Shown: positions 9,290 to 19,921, numbered from the stretch's first letter. The stretch is 64,000 nt of DNA from Pseudomonadota bacterium (GCA_039815825.1 JBCBYO010000010.1:6886-70885), one strand, 5' to 3'. A program made the numbers and translations. The notes: generated from the letters alone by a model not told the origin.

Positions 9290-9598
9290 GGTGTTCCAAC
9301 CGGTATCGTGAATTTCTCTCGTCCATAGGTAAACACACCTATGCCATTCGCCAACCGTCTGCGGCTTCAATTCACGGATTGCTCACCTGATTTGCCACGG
9401 GAAAGACTCAAACTATTTTCAATAAATGAGGATTATGGAGAAATACCCGATTGTTTTCGGCCTGAAACAAGGCCTTGTAGGCTAACCGAAAAACGCTCTA
9501 CGAAATCAAAATTCTTGTTTAGCGCCTAAGAACGTTGCTCAAAAAGCCTCGCGGAGAAATACGTCAATTCACCAATTTGGTGTTCCGTGTCTGTGCGT

Positions 9599-10960
9599 TC
9601 ATTGACGCAGTGTGCAAAGCACACAGTTTTCAAACGCATTTGCATCGGCTTCGTAAAAACCTTGTGCGGCGATTTGATAGCGTTCCATGCTTTTTCTGTC
9701 CGTAATCCATGCTTCGATCTGGTCCGTCCATTGCTCAAGATCCCGGCACGGGAGTGATGGCATTAAATTGTGCGCGGCCTCGTTGAGTTGTGGGGTGTCA
9801 GTGTGAACAGCAGGTTTGCCGAAGCGCATCGCCTCTGTAACACCGAGCCCCCATCCTTCTGCTTCTGATGGAAAAACAACGAAGTCGCAGTTTTGATAAG
9901 CCCAGCGGAGCGTTTCGTTTGAAACCGAACCCAGGTTCAAAATTTTTGCTGCCGCTTCTGGGAACCTTTCCAGCGCAGCCAAGTAGGCTTTGTATGGTTT
10001 GTCACGACCAATGAACACCAGTTCCGGCACATTTTCAGCGCCTAGCCGCTTGATAAGCTGCGCCCAGACTTCGACAATGAAGTCGTGGTTTTTGCGCGTA
10101 TTGAATGTGGAAACATAAAGCGCGAACTTTCGTTGTTGGAGCGCAGCCACCGGATCGGTTGGTCCGGATACGGGCAAGCCTACACCAGCGAGCGCACATA
10201 CGCCGACGGAAGCTGGAGAGGGTGCACCTTCTTGTTCAGCGTACCAAGAATTGACATCGCTTGCGGTGCCTTGCGACACACATATCAGCCTAGACTTTTC
10301 TTGAGCCGCCCTTAGCAACCAGCGTCGGAACCCGCTGACCATCCGCGCGGGATGAGTGTCCGGCTGCTTTAGCGGGATGACATCGTGCACCACATAACGT
10401 GTTTGAAGTTCCTGCGCCGCAATAGCATGGCTGCAGACGTCCCTGCGGTCAACAATATGCGAAATCAAGACCGGGCTGCCATTTGGCAGCGCATCTTTAA
10501 TACGTCCTGCAAACACGAACCAACCTGTTCCCCGGTAAACAAGCTTGGCACTGTTAACAAGAAGACGAACACCGACCTTGGCGGCGTTGTAAAGAACGCC
10601 TTTTCGTTCCGGCCGTGACGTCAACAACGCGGCGATGTTACGACCTGTCTCAGACTCAAAATTCTTGATCACCGATGCGCGGTTACGCCAATAAAATGAT
10701 AGATCAGCTTTTGTTTGGGGCGCTTCAAATATGGCGATAAGTTCGCGTAGATGTTCAATGTCTTTATCAGTGCACGGGCGATAAACGCCCAAGGTCCGGT
10801 CAAGATAGGCAAGTTGGAAGTCTGGGTCGGCGAGTGCTGCGGCCACGATTTTCATTTCAACACGGGGTACACCGGTCGGATTTTGTGGTCCCCAGCGAAG
10901 GCAACCCGTTGCGTCAACCCAACAGGCTGGGATCGGCTCTGATGCGGTGGCTAAAGTCAT
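9599..10960 (-). CDS. Glycosyltransferase family 4 (GT-B), LPS/polysaccharide
   Basis: 453 aa. C-terminal EAEGWGLGVTEAM motif. There is a 4-nt overlap with the upstream gene. Confidence 0.75.
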   Translation of the reverse strand: MTLATASEPIPACWVDATGCLRWGPQNPTGVPRVEMKIVAAALADPDFQLAYLDRTLGVYRPCTDKDIEHLRELIAIFEAPQTKADLSFYWRNRASVIKNFESETGRNIAALLTSRPERKGVLYNAAKVGVRLLVNSAKLVYRGTGWFVFAGRIKDALPNGSPVLISHIVDRRDVCSHAIAAQELQTRYVVHDVIPLKQPDTHPARMVSGFRRWLLRAAQEKSRLICVSQGTASDVNSWYAEQEGAPSPASVGVCALAGVGLPVSGPTDPVAALQQRKFALYVSTFNTRKNHDFIVEVWAQLIKRLGAENVPELVFIGRDKPYKAYLAALERFPEAAAKILNLGSVSNETLRWAYQNCDFVVFPSEAEGWGLGVTEAMRFGKPAVHTDTPQLNEAAHNLMPSLPCRDLEQWTDQIEAWITDRKSMERYQIAAQGFYEADANAFENCVLCTLRQ

Positions 10961-11772
10961 TTGAATGCTATGATACCGGTTCTTCTTCCGCGCACCTTGT
11001 CTGTCAGCTTTCCAGTGACAATTGTCCAGCGCTTGGCGGCAGAATGAGCGAGTTTCATACGCAATTGTGCTAGACCTTTACGTGCTCCTTTGCGCGTTGC
11101 GGCGATCATGCTGCGATGGGTTGATGCCGTACCGCCCATACGCTCGAAAATGTCTTCCTGTACAAATGGTGAGGGGACAGCCTGCAGAACCGGCCGGGCA
11201 GAAAAGAGATTTTTTGGTGGCGGTGTGAACAAAAACTCATCTGGAACATTGTTCAGATCCGTGCCAGCCGCCAGTGCTTTTTCCGCAATGTCACGATGAA
11301 TTAGATATGCCGCCGATCCGTGATGCAGCCGATGCATGACATGAAGTCCGTGGGATCCAACATTCGCAATCGGGTCTTCACTAATCACTGTGACCCGTCC
11401 AAATGTCTCCAGATGCACCACAGACTTTTCATGCGCCTTTGGCAACCAATGCGCATCCTTCAGGAACCGATCACAATCGACACCAAAAACAAGATCATCT
11501 TCCATAACAAGCGCATGATCTTCTTCGCTGGCAACGAGCCGTCGCCAGCAGTCGCGATGGGTCATAAAGGCGCCGATAGATCCTGGATCCTGCCGTAAGC
11601 GTGAACTCTTGGCGTAAATCTCTTCAACAAAGCCGTCATCAAAGTTGCGGCAATCAAAAGCAGGCACACGTTCCCAATCCAAGCCGCGCTGCGACAACGC
11701 ATCCGCCATATGGGCGAGCCGGTCGGTCGCGCGGTCTAGATTAATCAGAAGGCGTAGCATGTGATGCCTCAC
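10957..11772 (-). CDS. Glycosyltransferase family 25 (LPS core beta-glycosyltransferase-like, LpcA-type)
   Basis: 271 aa. N-terminal LINLDRATDR motif typical of GT25. It lies within an overlapping gene chain. Confidence 0.7.
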   Translation of the reverse strand: MRHHMLRLLINLDRATDRLAHMADALSQRGLDWERVPAFDCRNFDDGFVEEIYAKSSRLRQDPGSIGAFMTHRDCWRRLVASEEDHALVMEDDLVFGVDCDRFLKDAHWLPKAHEKSVVHLETFGRVTVISEDPIANVGSHGLHVMHRLHHGSAAYLIHRDIAEKALAAGTDLNNVPDEFLFTPPPKNLFSARPVLQAVPSPFVQEDIFERMGGTASTHRSMIAATRKGARKGLAQLRMKLAHSAAKRWTIVTGKLTDKVRGRRTGIIAFK

Positions 11773-12880
11773 TGATCAGCTTGGAATAAACATCATTGTT
11801 CGCCGTACGCGCTTTTAAGGCCGTGATTGTATTCGCGCAGGGTGCTTTGCGATCACCAGGAATAAGGAACCGATTATAAACGAACCGAATGAACCGCTCG
11901 CGCCGTTTAATGTTAGGTTCCCAGCTATCCAGCCCAGAAAAAGCCTGGTGTAGGTCGGAGCTGTTGTCGGCTTGGCATACTAGACCGTTAATGGCGTAGT
12001 GGGCATTGCCCAAAGTGATGAGCTTCTTACCCAAAACGAGTGCCTCCAATCCAACGGTCGAATTCACAGTGATAACGCCGTCGCAAGCCTCAAGGAGTTC
12101 GCGCGTCACCGCGTGGTTGGCAAAATGGATGTTCGGCATTTTTATCACGTGATCTTGGACGGAGCGCGGAAAACTGGGGTGCTCTTTGATGACGAAATGT
12201 TTTTCTGGAAAGGCCGCCGCCAAATCGCGGACTTCGTTGTGAAGTGCCTCCATGTTTTGAATCCATGGTGACAATGCCAAAATTTGCATGTCGCTGGGGA
12301 CTTGAAAGGGGACGAAGATAAAACGGTCCGGAAGCGTCCGATTTGGCCCTTTGGCTTGCAGCTTGGACTTGCGCACCTCAAAGTCTTCCGGCCAATCCGC
12401 GCCTGCTTCCGCGTCACTTAACGCGTCATAGAAAGCTGGATTTCTCGGTAGCGTACTCAGCCCATTAATACCGGCTCGATCGGCCTGGAGCGTGCCGGGG
12501 AAAAAACCGTTTTCAAGATAAAGTCGCTTCATCCCAAGAGCTTGGGCGGCATGATCGACAAGGGCGTTGGGCGCGAGAAATCCGTTGAAGACCAGTGCTG
12601 TCCTCGAAGTGTCAATGGCAAGCTGCTCATAAAGCGCCGCATATTGGCGGCGGATCTTTCGTCCATAAATTGAGGTATAAATGGCCTTAACGACCGTATT
12701 GCCAAACAACCAAGGATAACGAATGGCGCGTCGCGTTGCGTTGCGCTCGGCGATATGTGCAAGGGATGCATCTACTTTTTCGTCTTTGGTACCGGATGTC
12801 GTTAGAGCATCACAAGCATTGCCTAGCGCTGCAATCAAAGGCGCCGTATTGTCCGTGTTTATGACGGCAAACCGGGTCAT
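11741..12880 (-). CDS. Capsule_synth-family protein (KpsS/KpsC/LpcB-like, possible Kdo transferase)
   Basis: 379 aa. FVPFQVPSDMQI and VNSTVGLEAL motifs resemble KpsS/LpcB-type enzymes. There is a 4-nt overlap with the upstream GT4 gene. Confidence 0.6.
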   Translation of the reverse strand: MTRFAVINTDNTAPLIAALGNACDALTTSGTKDEKVDASLAHIAERNATRRAIRYPWLFGNTVVKAIYTSIYGRKIRRQYAALYEQLAIDTSRTALVFNGFLAPNALVDHAAQALGMKRLYLENGFFPGTLQADRAGINGLSTLPRNPAFYDALSDAEAGADWPEDFEVRKSKLQAKGPNRTLPDRFIFVPFQVPSDMQILALSPWIQNMEALHNEVRDLAAAFPEKHFVIKEHPSFPRSVQDHVIKMPNIHFANHAVTRELLEACDGVITVNSTVGLEALVLGKKLITLGNAHYAINGLVCQADNSSDLHQAFSGLDSWEPNIKRRERFIRFVYNRFLIPGDRKAPCANTITALKARTANNDVYSKLISEASHATPSD

Positions 12881-13971
12881 GCGCTACCTTCTTTGAAAAG
12901 ATCACTGACCGCACGGTCGGAAACCCTCGCATAAACTTCAGCGAGCTGTTTGACCTCCCTGACAATCGGGAAGTGCGTGGTCATATGCACCCGAGATGCT
13001 TTGGCCATTGTTGCTCTGGTTTCATCCTCATCCATCATCTTGCCGGCACTGTCGGCCATGGTCTGCATGTTGAGATCAGGCAAAATGTGACCGGTTTCAC
13101 CCTCCACAACGAGCTCAGAGAATGCGCCCACATCGGTTGCGATCACCGGAACCCCACATGCCATCGATTCGAGCGGTGTCAGCCCAAAACCTTCCCAACG
13201 CTGCGGTGCGATGAAGAGGTCGAGCGCTTGGTACCAACGTTCAATATCTGTGTGTTCGCCAACAAATAGGATACGTTCGTCCATGCCCGCATCGGTTATT
13301 TGTGTTTGCAGTTGCTTTTGAAACTGTTGGTGCGCTTCCGTGGCACGACCGGCAATTATGGCGATCCAATCGGGCCGATCGCGAAGTGCGCTAATCATGG
13401 CCTCGGCGAAAAGGTCAGTGCCTTTTTGGGCCCGCACGCGTCCAAAGCAACCGACGATCTTTTTGTCGCTTGGCAACCCAACAGCCGTTTTGGCCTTGGC
13501 CTTGTCGGTAGGGGGGCAAAAGCGCTCGGTGTCGATGCCGTGCATGATAACTGTGTTTGGAACCTGCAGGTAGGCGGCCGTTTTTTGGCTGGTGGCGATC
13601 ACCGCATCCATACGTCTGATCAGCCACTTGGTGTAAGCTGTATGTTGCCGTTGCGAGGCAGAAGTGAAGACGAGTTTAAGCGGGATACGCAATAGATGCC
13701 GCATAAACAAACCGCTCAACATTTCAGTGTTGCGCCTGGCATGCCAAATGCGCGGCTTGCCATCAGCGGGCCGCCGATAGAGCTTCGTCCATGACCAAAA
13801 TGGTATTTTGACCAACGTGTTCGGAAGTCCCGCGCCCGCAGCAGCAATCCCAAGGCCTGTAGCGCGTTGCAGCGGTATTAACTGGACGATGGTGGACGTG
13901 ACGCCGGACAGGCGTTTTTTCAAGTTTGGCGCGATGACAATCAGCTGGTCAAAATCGATCGGTTGAGCCAC
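12877..13971 (-). CDS. Glycosyltransferase family 4, LpsB/LpcC-like LPS core mannosyltransferase (adjacent to greA)
   Basis: 364 aa. EGFGLTPLESMACGVPVIATDVGAFSELV motif. It lies immediately downstream of greA, as I recall for lpsB in S. meliloti. Confidence 0.75.
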   Translation of the reverse strand: MAQPIDFDQLIVIAPNLKKRLSGVTSTIVQLIPLQRATGLGIAAAGAGLPNTLVKIPFWSWTKLYRRPADGKPRIWHARRNTEMLSGLFMRHLLRIPLKLVFTSASQRQHTAYTKWLIRRMDAVIATSQKTAAYLQVPNTVIMHGIDTERFCPPTDKAKAKTAVGLPSDKKIVGCFGRVRAQKGTDLFAEAMISALRDRPDWIAIIAGRATEAHQQFQKQLQTQITDAGMDERILFVGEHTDIERWYQALDLFIAPQRWEGFGLTPLESMACGVPVIATDVGAFSELVVEGETGHILPDLNMQTMADSAGKMMDEDETRATMAKASRVHMTTHFPIVREVKQLAEVYARVSDRAVSDLFKEGSA

Positions 13972-14025
13972 GGGCGTGCCTGTTGGTTGCTACGCGCGGT
14001 GAGTAAAACCCCACGCGCGCACCTG

Positions 14026-14499
14026 TCAAACAAACTTCACATCTTCAATTTCGTAGGCACGCGCACCACCAGGTGCCTGGACCTCGATAGAGTCACCAGT
14101 TTCCTTGCCAATCATTGCGCGGGCGATTGGGGAAGAAATCGATATTTTACCTTCCTTTACATCCGCTTCCTGGTCGCCGACGATCTGATAGACTTTGGTT
14201 TCCTCGGTATCTTCATCAACCAAGGTCACAGTCGCGCCAAATTTGACGGTATCGCCTGACATGGCTGACACGTCGATCACCTGCGCACGCGAAATCAGGC
14301 CTTCCAGTTCCGAAGCGCGGCCTTCATTGTGGCCTTGTGCTTCCTTGGCGGCATGATACTCGGCGTTTTCCGATAAATCACCATGGGCGCGCGCTTCAGC
14401 AATCGCCTCGATGATACGCGGGCGTTCTTCTTGCGTGCGCCAGCGGAATTCCTCTTGCAATTGGGCGTAGCCATTGCGTGTCATGGGTACTTTTTCCAT
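14026..14499 (-). CDS. greA: Transcription elongation factor GreA
   Basis: 157 aa. [12 protein letters not shown]...[18 protein letters not shown] coiled-coil tip motif and a C-terminal FKBP-like domain. Confidence 0.95.
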   Translation of the reverse strand: MEKVPMTRNGYAQLQEEFRWRTQEERPRIIEAIAEARAHGDLSENAEYHAAKEAQGHNEGRASELEGLISRAQVIDVSAMSGDTVKFGATVTLVDEDTEETKVYQIVGDQEADVKEGKISISSPIARAMIGKETGDSIEVQAPGGARAYEIEDVKFV

Positions 14500-14548
14500 G
14501 ATCTAACCTTCTTTTCGTTCTTGCGGCGTTCTTTGTCCTGCGCCGATG

Positions 14549-14588
14549 AAATAAAAGCGGTTCTCGCCAGTTTGTGCACGAGAACCGC
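14549..14588 (-). terminator. Intrinsic terminator inside the greA leader (GraL-like attenuator)
   Basis: Perfect 10-bp stem (14557-14566 / 14579-14588) with a 12-nt loop, followed on the minus strand by UUUUAUUU. It lies about 50 nt upstream of the greA ATG at 14499. Confidence 0.6.
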
Positions 14589-14666
14589 AGCAAGTTCGCC
14601 ACAGATTATGTCAAACGGAACCCTTTGCAAGTGCTCCGTTTGCACCTGAAGCGTTTTCGCTCCTAT

Positions 14667-14694
14667 AAAAAAAGGCGGCCGGTTGACCGCCTTT
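14667..14694 (-). terminator. Rho-independent terminator of cspA
   Basis: On the minus strand: AAAGGCGGUC-AACC-GGCCGCCUUU followed by UUUU. It starts 24 nt after the cspA stop. Confidence 0.8.
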
Positions 14695-14717
14695 CTAAAA
14701 CTGATTTCAGCTTAAAA

Positions 14718-14927
14718 TTAGGCAGCTGAAAGGTTTGCAGCAGCAAATTTGCCGGAGCGTTTGTCTTGCTCGAGATCGTAGTTGACCTTTTGGCCTTCGG
14801 CCAAACCACTCATGCCGGAGCGTTCAACAGCCGAGATGTGGACGAATACATCATTGCCACCTTCAGACGGCTCGATGAAGCCAAAACCTTTAGTGGGGTT
14901 GAACCATTTAACTGTACCTTGTGCCAT
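14718..14927 (-). CDS. cspA: Cold-shock protein (CspA family)
   Basis: 69 aa. RNP1 KGFGFI and RNP2 VFVHIS. Confidence 0.95.
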   Translation of the reverse strand: MAQGTVKWFNPTKGFGFIEPSEGGNDVFVHISAVERSGMSGLAEGQKVNYDLEQDKRSGKFAAANLSAA

Positions 14928-15159
14928 GCGCGTATCCTTTTTATCGCGTAAGTGCCATGCACCAAACCGTGGTGCTTCTGATCGATAAAGAGGGTAGAGA
15001 CGGTCACGTTGCTTGCCTTCGTGGCGGGCATGCTGATCGATGGGTCGTTGGGCCTATTGTCGATGAGCGTCACATAGGTGCTGTTTCGACTATTCTCAAT
15101 AGGTAAGATCTTACGCATGGCGTCCTTTCCACTATTGAAAGGGGGGTGACAAAAGCCTT

Positions 15160-15180
15160 ACATTCCAGCTACTGGAACCT
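15160..15180 (+). promoter_or_regulatory. CueR-type dyad ACATTCC-N7-GGAACCT overlapping a -35-like TTACAT
   Basis: Perfect core TTCCAG-cta-CTGGAA at 15163-15177. The TTCC-N7-GGAA spacing matches the E. coli PcopA dyad CCTTCC-N7-GGAAGG (from memory). It lies 8-14 nt upstream of the cueR-like start. Confidence 0.4.
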
Positions 15181-15187
15181 CTGGTGA

Positions 15188-15577
15188 ATGACTATGAACA
15201 TATCGGAAGTCGCAAGGCGGGCAGAATTGCCAACAAAAACTGTGCGCTATTATGACGATATTGCGCTGGTGAAGCCGAATGGGCGATCGGAAGCTGGATA
15301 TCGGACCTATGGAAACGTCGAACTCAGCAAGTTGGTTTTCGTACGGCGCGCTCGCGCATTTGGGTTTACGATAGACGAGTGCCGTGAACTGCTCGGTCTC
15401 TATGAGGATGAAGAACGCAACAGTGCCGATGTGAAAGCCATTGCGTCGAAGAAGTTAGCTGAAATCGAAGCCAAACAACGCGAGCTTCAACTACTCCATG
15501 ATGAACTTGCTCACGTCGTCAAAAACTGCCACGGCGATGATCGGCCCAATTGTCCGATCATTGACTATCTGAGCTAG
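15188..15577 (+). CDS. cueR: MerR-family Cu(I)-responsive regulator (CueR/HmrR-like)
   Basis: 129 aa. MerR HTH (MNISEVARRAELPTKTVRYYDDIALV) and a C-terminal metal loop CHGDDRPNCPII resembling E. coli CueR CPGDDSADCPII. The start may be the ATG at 15194. Confidence 0.8.
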   Translation: MTMNISEVARRAELPTKTVRYYDDIALVKPNGRSEAGYRTYGNVELSKLVFVRRARAFGFTIDECRELLGLYEDEERNSADVKAIASKKLAEIEAKQRELQLLHDELAHVVKNCHGDDRPNCPIIDYLS

Positions 15578-15598
15578 CCCGCCCGTAACACCAACTGT

Positions 15599-18500
15599 CT
15601 ACTCAAAATAGGATTGGAGGGGGTAGACCTCCAATTTGCCGTTTGCCAGTGCTTCGATGGCTTCACCCGCAGCAACCGCGCCTGCGATCGTTGTGAAGTA
15701 GGGGAGCTTTTGTTCCAGTGCCGCGCGGCGGATCGATTTGGAATCCGAGATCGCCTTATTGCCCGACGTGGTGTTGACGACCATCTGAACCTCACGGTTG
15801 CGGATAGCATCCTCCACATGCGGACGACCTTCCAAAACCTTGTTTATGCGCACAGCATCAACGCCATTTTCTTTCAGGAAGGTCTGCGTACCGCCTGTCG
15901 CCATCACCCGGAAGCCGAGCGCCGCAAAACGCTTGGCGGTATCGAGAATAGCGCTTTTGTCCTCGTCCTTGACCGAAATGAAAACCGTGCCGGTCTTTGG
16001 TAACTCGCTGCCGGCACCCATCTGCGCCTTGGCGAAGGCCATGGCGTAGTCGGTATCGAGGCCCATGACTTCACCGGTCGAACGCATCTCAGGGCCAAGC
16101 AAGGTATCCACGCCCGGGAATTTGGAGAACGGGAACACCGCTTCCTTGATCGCGATGTGTTTGAGAGCTTCGGTATCAACGGGCGCACCATAGTGGCCTA
16201 CAGCACCGCCAAGTCTCTCACCTGACATGATCCGCGCAGCGATCTTCGCAATCGGCAAACCCACAGTCTTTGCAACAAAAGGAACGGTCCGCGATGCACG
16301 TGGGTTGACCTCGAGGATAAAGATCTCCCCATCTTTGATGGCATACTGAACATTCATCAGTCCGCCGACATTGAGTGCTTTGGCCAGTTGAACCGTTTGC
16401 GCTTTCAATTCAGCGACAACCTCGTCACTGAGCGAGTGCACGGGTAACGAGCAGGCGCTGTCACCGGAGTGGATGCCGGCCTCCTCAATGTGCTCCATGA
16501 CGCCACAAACATAGACGTCCTCACCATCACATAGGCAATCCACATCCACCTCGGCCGCGCCGGACAGGTAGGTGTCAAACAGCAGCGGGTTTGTGCCGAG
16601 CAGCGTATTGATTTGGCCCGTTTTATCGTTGGGGTAACGCGCCTTGATATCTTCGGGGATCAGCTCGGGAACTGTCGAAAGTAGGTAGCTGTCTAGCGCC
16701 TTGTCGTCGCGTACGATTTGCATCGCGCGGCCACCCAAAACGTAGGATGGGCGTACCACCAACGGGAAGCCGAGATCATGCGCAACAAGCCGTGCTTGCT
16801 CTACCGAGTGCGCAATGCCGTTTTTCGGCTGCGTGAGATCCAGTTTAATTAGCAATTTTTGGAACCGGTCGCGATCTTCCGCCAGGTCGATGGCATCCGG
16901 CGATGTGCCCAAGATTGGTATGCCCGCATCTTGCAAAGCCTCGGCAAGCTTAAGAGGCGTTTGCCCGCCAAACTGAACGATGACGCCAACAAGCTCACCC
17001 TTGGCTTGTTCGACCGCCAAGATTTCCAACACATCTTCAGCCGTTAGTGGCTCAAAATAAAGCCGATCGGATGTGTCATAGTCGGTTGAAACCGTCTCGG
17101 GGTTACAATTGACCATGATCGCTTCAAAGCCAGCGTCGCGCAGTGCAAATGCTGCGTGACAGCAGCAATAATCGAACTCAATTCCCTGGCCGATCCTGTT
17201 TGGCCCCCCACCCAAAATCACGACCTTCTTGCGGTCCGATACGTCAGCTTCCGACCGTAGCGCACCATCAAACGGCTCCTCGTAGGTCGAGTACATATAA
17301 GCCGTTGGTGAGGCGAACTCGGCGGCACAAGTATCGATGCGTTTGTAAACCGGAACGACGTCCAGCGCGTGCCGAGCGGTCCGCACTTCATCCGCGTTTT
17401 TGCCTGTTAGACTGGCAAGTCGCTGATCTGAAAAGCCAGCGGCCTTAAGCATGCGCATATTGTCTGCATCTGCAGGGAGGCCGTGGGCGCGAACACGATC
17501 TTCAAGCGCGATGATCTCTGACATGCGTTCTAAAAACCACGGGTCAATCTTACAACCCGCGTGTATCTGCTCATTGGTGAAGCCAAGGCGCATGGCTTGC
17601 GCGACCATGCGCAGGCGGTCTGGCGTAGGCGTGCCGATGGCCGCTTTGATGGCGTTCTCATCGTCACCTTCGCCAAGGCCTGGAATTTCGATTTCATCCA
17701 AACCGGTGAGGCCGGTCTCGAGGCCACGTAGCGCTTTTTGCAGTGATTCCGCGAAGGTCCGGCCAATCGCCATGACTTCACCGACGGACTTCATCGCCGT
17801 TGTCAAATAGGGCTCTGCCCCCGGGAATTTCTCAAAGGCAAAGCGAGGGATCTTGGTGACAACATAGTCGATGCTCGGCTCAAAAGAGGCAGGCGTCGCC
17901 CCGCCTGTAATGTCATTTTCAAGCTCATCGAGCGTGTAACCGCAGGCAAGTTTCGCGGCGACTTTTGCAATCGGAAAGCCCGTTGCTTTGGAGGCCAAGG
18001 CTGATGAGCGTGACACGCGCGGGTTCATTTCGATGACGACCAACCGACCATCATCCGGATTAACCGCGAACTGCACGTTGGAACCACCGGTCTCGACGCC
18101 GATCTCACGCAAAACCGCGATCGAAGCGTTGCGCATGATTTGATATTCTTTGTCAGTCAGCGTCAGGGCAGGGGCAACGGTGATGGAATCACCGGTGTGA
18201 ACACCCATCGGATCGACATTTTCGATGGAGCAGATGATGATACAGTTGTCCGCTTTGTCGCGCACAACTTCCATCTCATATTCTTTCCAGCCAACGACGC
18301 TTTCATCGATCAGCACTTCGGTCGTCGGTGAAGCGTCAAGTCCTCGCTCGACGATCGCCATGAACTCTGACGCATTATAGGCAATGCCGCCGCCCGTGCC
18401 GCCAAGCGTGAAAGAGGGCCGGATCACGGCCGGCACGCCAATTTCGTCAAGAGCAATGGCGGCCTGAGCCATGGCGTGGCGCATATAGCGTTGCTTGCGA

Positions 18501-19102
18501 TCAGATGTGCCGTCGCGCCACTCCTGTTCCAACGCCTCAAGCGCCGTGTCCAGAGCGTCCCCGGTTTTGGTATCGAGCAGTTGTTGGCGTCTGGCTTCGT
18601 GGGCTTTTCGATCAGCTTCCTTGATGTCGGATGCGTTGACCAACATGGAACGCGGACTTTCCAGGCCTATGCGGTCCATGGCCTCGCGAAACAGTTTGCG
18701 GTCTTCAGCTTTGTCGATGGCTTCGGGTGTGGCGCCAATCATCTCCACATCATGCTTGTCGAGCACACCCATGGCTTTAAGCGAGAGCGCGGTATTCAGT
18801 GCAGTTTGACCGCCCATTGTGGGTAAGACGACGAGTTTTTCATCGGGACGCTCGGCGCGTTCCTTTTCAATGATCTTGGCGACAACATCAGGTGTGATAG
18901 GTTCGATATAGGTCGCATCCGCCAATTCCGGGTCCGTCATGATCGTCGCCGGGTTGGAATTTACCAGCACGATCCGATAACCCTCGTCTTTCAGGGCCTT
19001 ACAGGCTTGCGTTCCCGAATAGTCAAATTCGCATGCTTGCCCGATAACGATAGGCCCGGCGCCGATGATCAGGACGGTATCAATATCAGTACGTTTGGGC
19101 AT
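15599..19102 (-). CDS. carB: Carbamoyl-phosphate synthase large subunit
   Basis: 1167 aa with duplicated ATP-grasp halves. N-terminus [30 protein letters not shown], and the second half contains [19 protein letters not shown]. Confidence 0.97.
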   Translation of the reverse strand: MPKRTDIDTVLIIGAGPIVIGQACEFDYSGTQACKALKDEGYRIVLVNSNPATIMTDPELADATYIEPITPDVVAKIIEKERAERPDEKLVVLPTMGGQTALNTALSLKAMGVLDKHDVEMIGATPEAIDKAEDRKLFREAMDRIGLESPRSMLVNASDIKEADRKAHEARRQQLLDTKTGDALDTALEALEQEWRDGTSDRKQRYMRHAMAQAAIALDEIGVPAVIRPSFTLGGTGGGIAYNASEFMAIVERGLDASPTTEVLIDESVVGWKEYEMEVVRDKADNCIIICSIENVDPMGVHTGDSITVAPALTLTDKEYQIMRNASIAVLREIGVETGGSNVQFAVNPDDGRLVVIEMNPRVSRSSALASKATGFPIAKVAAKLACGYTLDELENDITGGATPASFEPSIDYVVTKIPRFAFEKFPGAEPYLTTAMKSVGEVMAIGRTFAESLQKALRGLETGLTGLDEIEIPGLGEGDDENAIKAAIGTPTPDRLRMVAQAMRLGFTNEQIHAGCKIDPWFLERMSEIIALEDRVRAHGLPADADNMRMLKAAGFSDQRLASLTGKNADEVRTARHALDVVPVYKRIDTCAAEFASPTAYMYSTYEEPFDGALRSEADVSDRKKVVILGGGPNRIGQGIEFDYCCCHAAFALRDAGFEAIMVNCNPETVSTDYDTSDRLYFEPLTAEDVLEILAVEQAKGELVGVIVQFGGQTPLKLAEALQDAGIPILGTSPDAIDLAEDRDRFQKLLIKLDLTQPKNGIAHSVEQARLVAHDLGFPLVVRPSYVLGGRAMQIVRDDKALDSYLLSTVPELIPEDIKARYPNDKTGQINTLLGTNPLLFDTYLSGAAEVDVDCLCDGEDVYVCGVMEHIEEAGIHSGDSACSLPVHSLSDEVVAELKAQTVQLAKALNVGGLMNVQYAIKDGEIFILEVNPRASRTVPFVAKTVGLPIAKIAARIMSGERLGGAVGHYGAPVDTEALKHIAIKEAVFPFSKFPGVDTLLGPEMRSTGEVMGLDTDYAMAFAKAQMGAGSELPKTGTVFISVKDEDKSAILDTAKRFAALGFRVMATGGTQTFLKENGVDAVRINKVLEGRPHVEDAIRNREVQMVVNTTSGNKAISDSKSIRRAALEQKLPYFTTIAGAVAAGEAIEALANGKLEVYPLQSYFE

Positions 19103-19258
19103 AGGCGCGGCTTCTGTTTTCTTTGCACGAAAAGGCCGGAAGGAATGCTCCCGCCGGCTAATCGCTTCTGTCTTGTCTGGCTAAGCGCTCGCTATAACGA
19201 AGCTGCGGCAGAATGTAACCCCGTTGACTGTGGAAAAAAGCTGGATCATGAAGCAAGC

Positions 19259-19921
19259 CTAAGGATCGGGATAGCGCAGGTTCAACTCTTCTATTCTTGT
19301 TGAGCTCAGCGTTTGCGCATCGCGCAGGATTTTCGGGTCTCTGATGACGTCTGCCGCAAGTTGCGGATCACGCAACTGGGCTCGGGCGAGTACAGGACCC
19401 GTCATCTCATAATAATTGAATGATCCATTTTGATATCCATATCGGCCACCGAAGCGCACTGCGCGATAACCAATAAAGGCCGATAACCGACCGCGTGTTG
19501 TCGGGCCATTGTCGACGGAAAAGTCTGAGCCAAGCGCGCGAATGGCGTCTCTAAAGATAATATCGGCAGCTTTGCGTGTAACGAAATTGGTCGCGTAGAG
19601 TAGATCGTGAACGATCGCCGCTTGCGCATATTTCCCCCAATTACTGATAGGAAACTGCGCCCACCAAGGCACACTGGCACCATCGCTACAAAAACCGCGT
19701 GGTACTATGATTGAATTTATGTCTTCGGGCCCTTGTAGCCCAAATTGAAAGGAAACCGTGACCACGCGAATGGGCCGCATGTTTTCGATGCGGCCCACGT
19801 CTGCGGTATACATAGGCGCGGTAAATCGGTTCGCTTTCAATGGCTTGCCCCTGCTGTTGATGTGACCCAGCCCAAGGATAGCACATTTTGCGTGTTTCGA
19901 TGAGTTGCGTTTCAGGCGCAA
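19259..19921 (-). CDS. DUF1353-like protein (start uncertain)
   Basis: VPRGFCSDGASVPWW ... AAIVHDLLY matches my memory of the DUF1353 signature. The real start is likely internal (M at 19813 or 19780). Confidence 0.55.
   Translation of the reverse strand: MRLKRNSSKHAKCAILGLGHINSRGKPLKANRFTAPMYTADVGRIENMRPIRVVTVSFQFGLQGPEDINSIIVPRGFCSDGASVPWWAQFPISNWGKYAQAAIVHDLLYATNFVTRKAADIIFRDAIRALGSDFSVDNGPTTRGRLSAFIGYRAVRFGGRYGYQNGSFNYYEMTGPVLARAQLRDPQLAADVIRDPKILRDAQTLSSTRIEELNLRYPDP

Noticed and set aside
9467-9478. Isolated short palindromes and inverted repeats in intergenic DNA. These are ACAAGGCCTTGT (9467-9478), AACAAATTTGTT (34296-34307), TTTGCAT-TTT-ATGCAAA upstream of guaB (53136-53152), and ATATGAGGC/GCCTCATAT upstream of carA (about 23457 and 23530).
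   Set aside because: Arms of 6-9 bp are expected many times by chance in 64 kb. None matches a consensus I can name. They would only become meaningful if conserved in orthologous regions.
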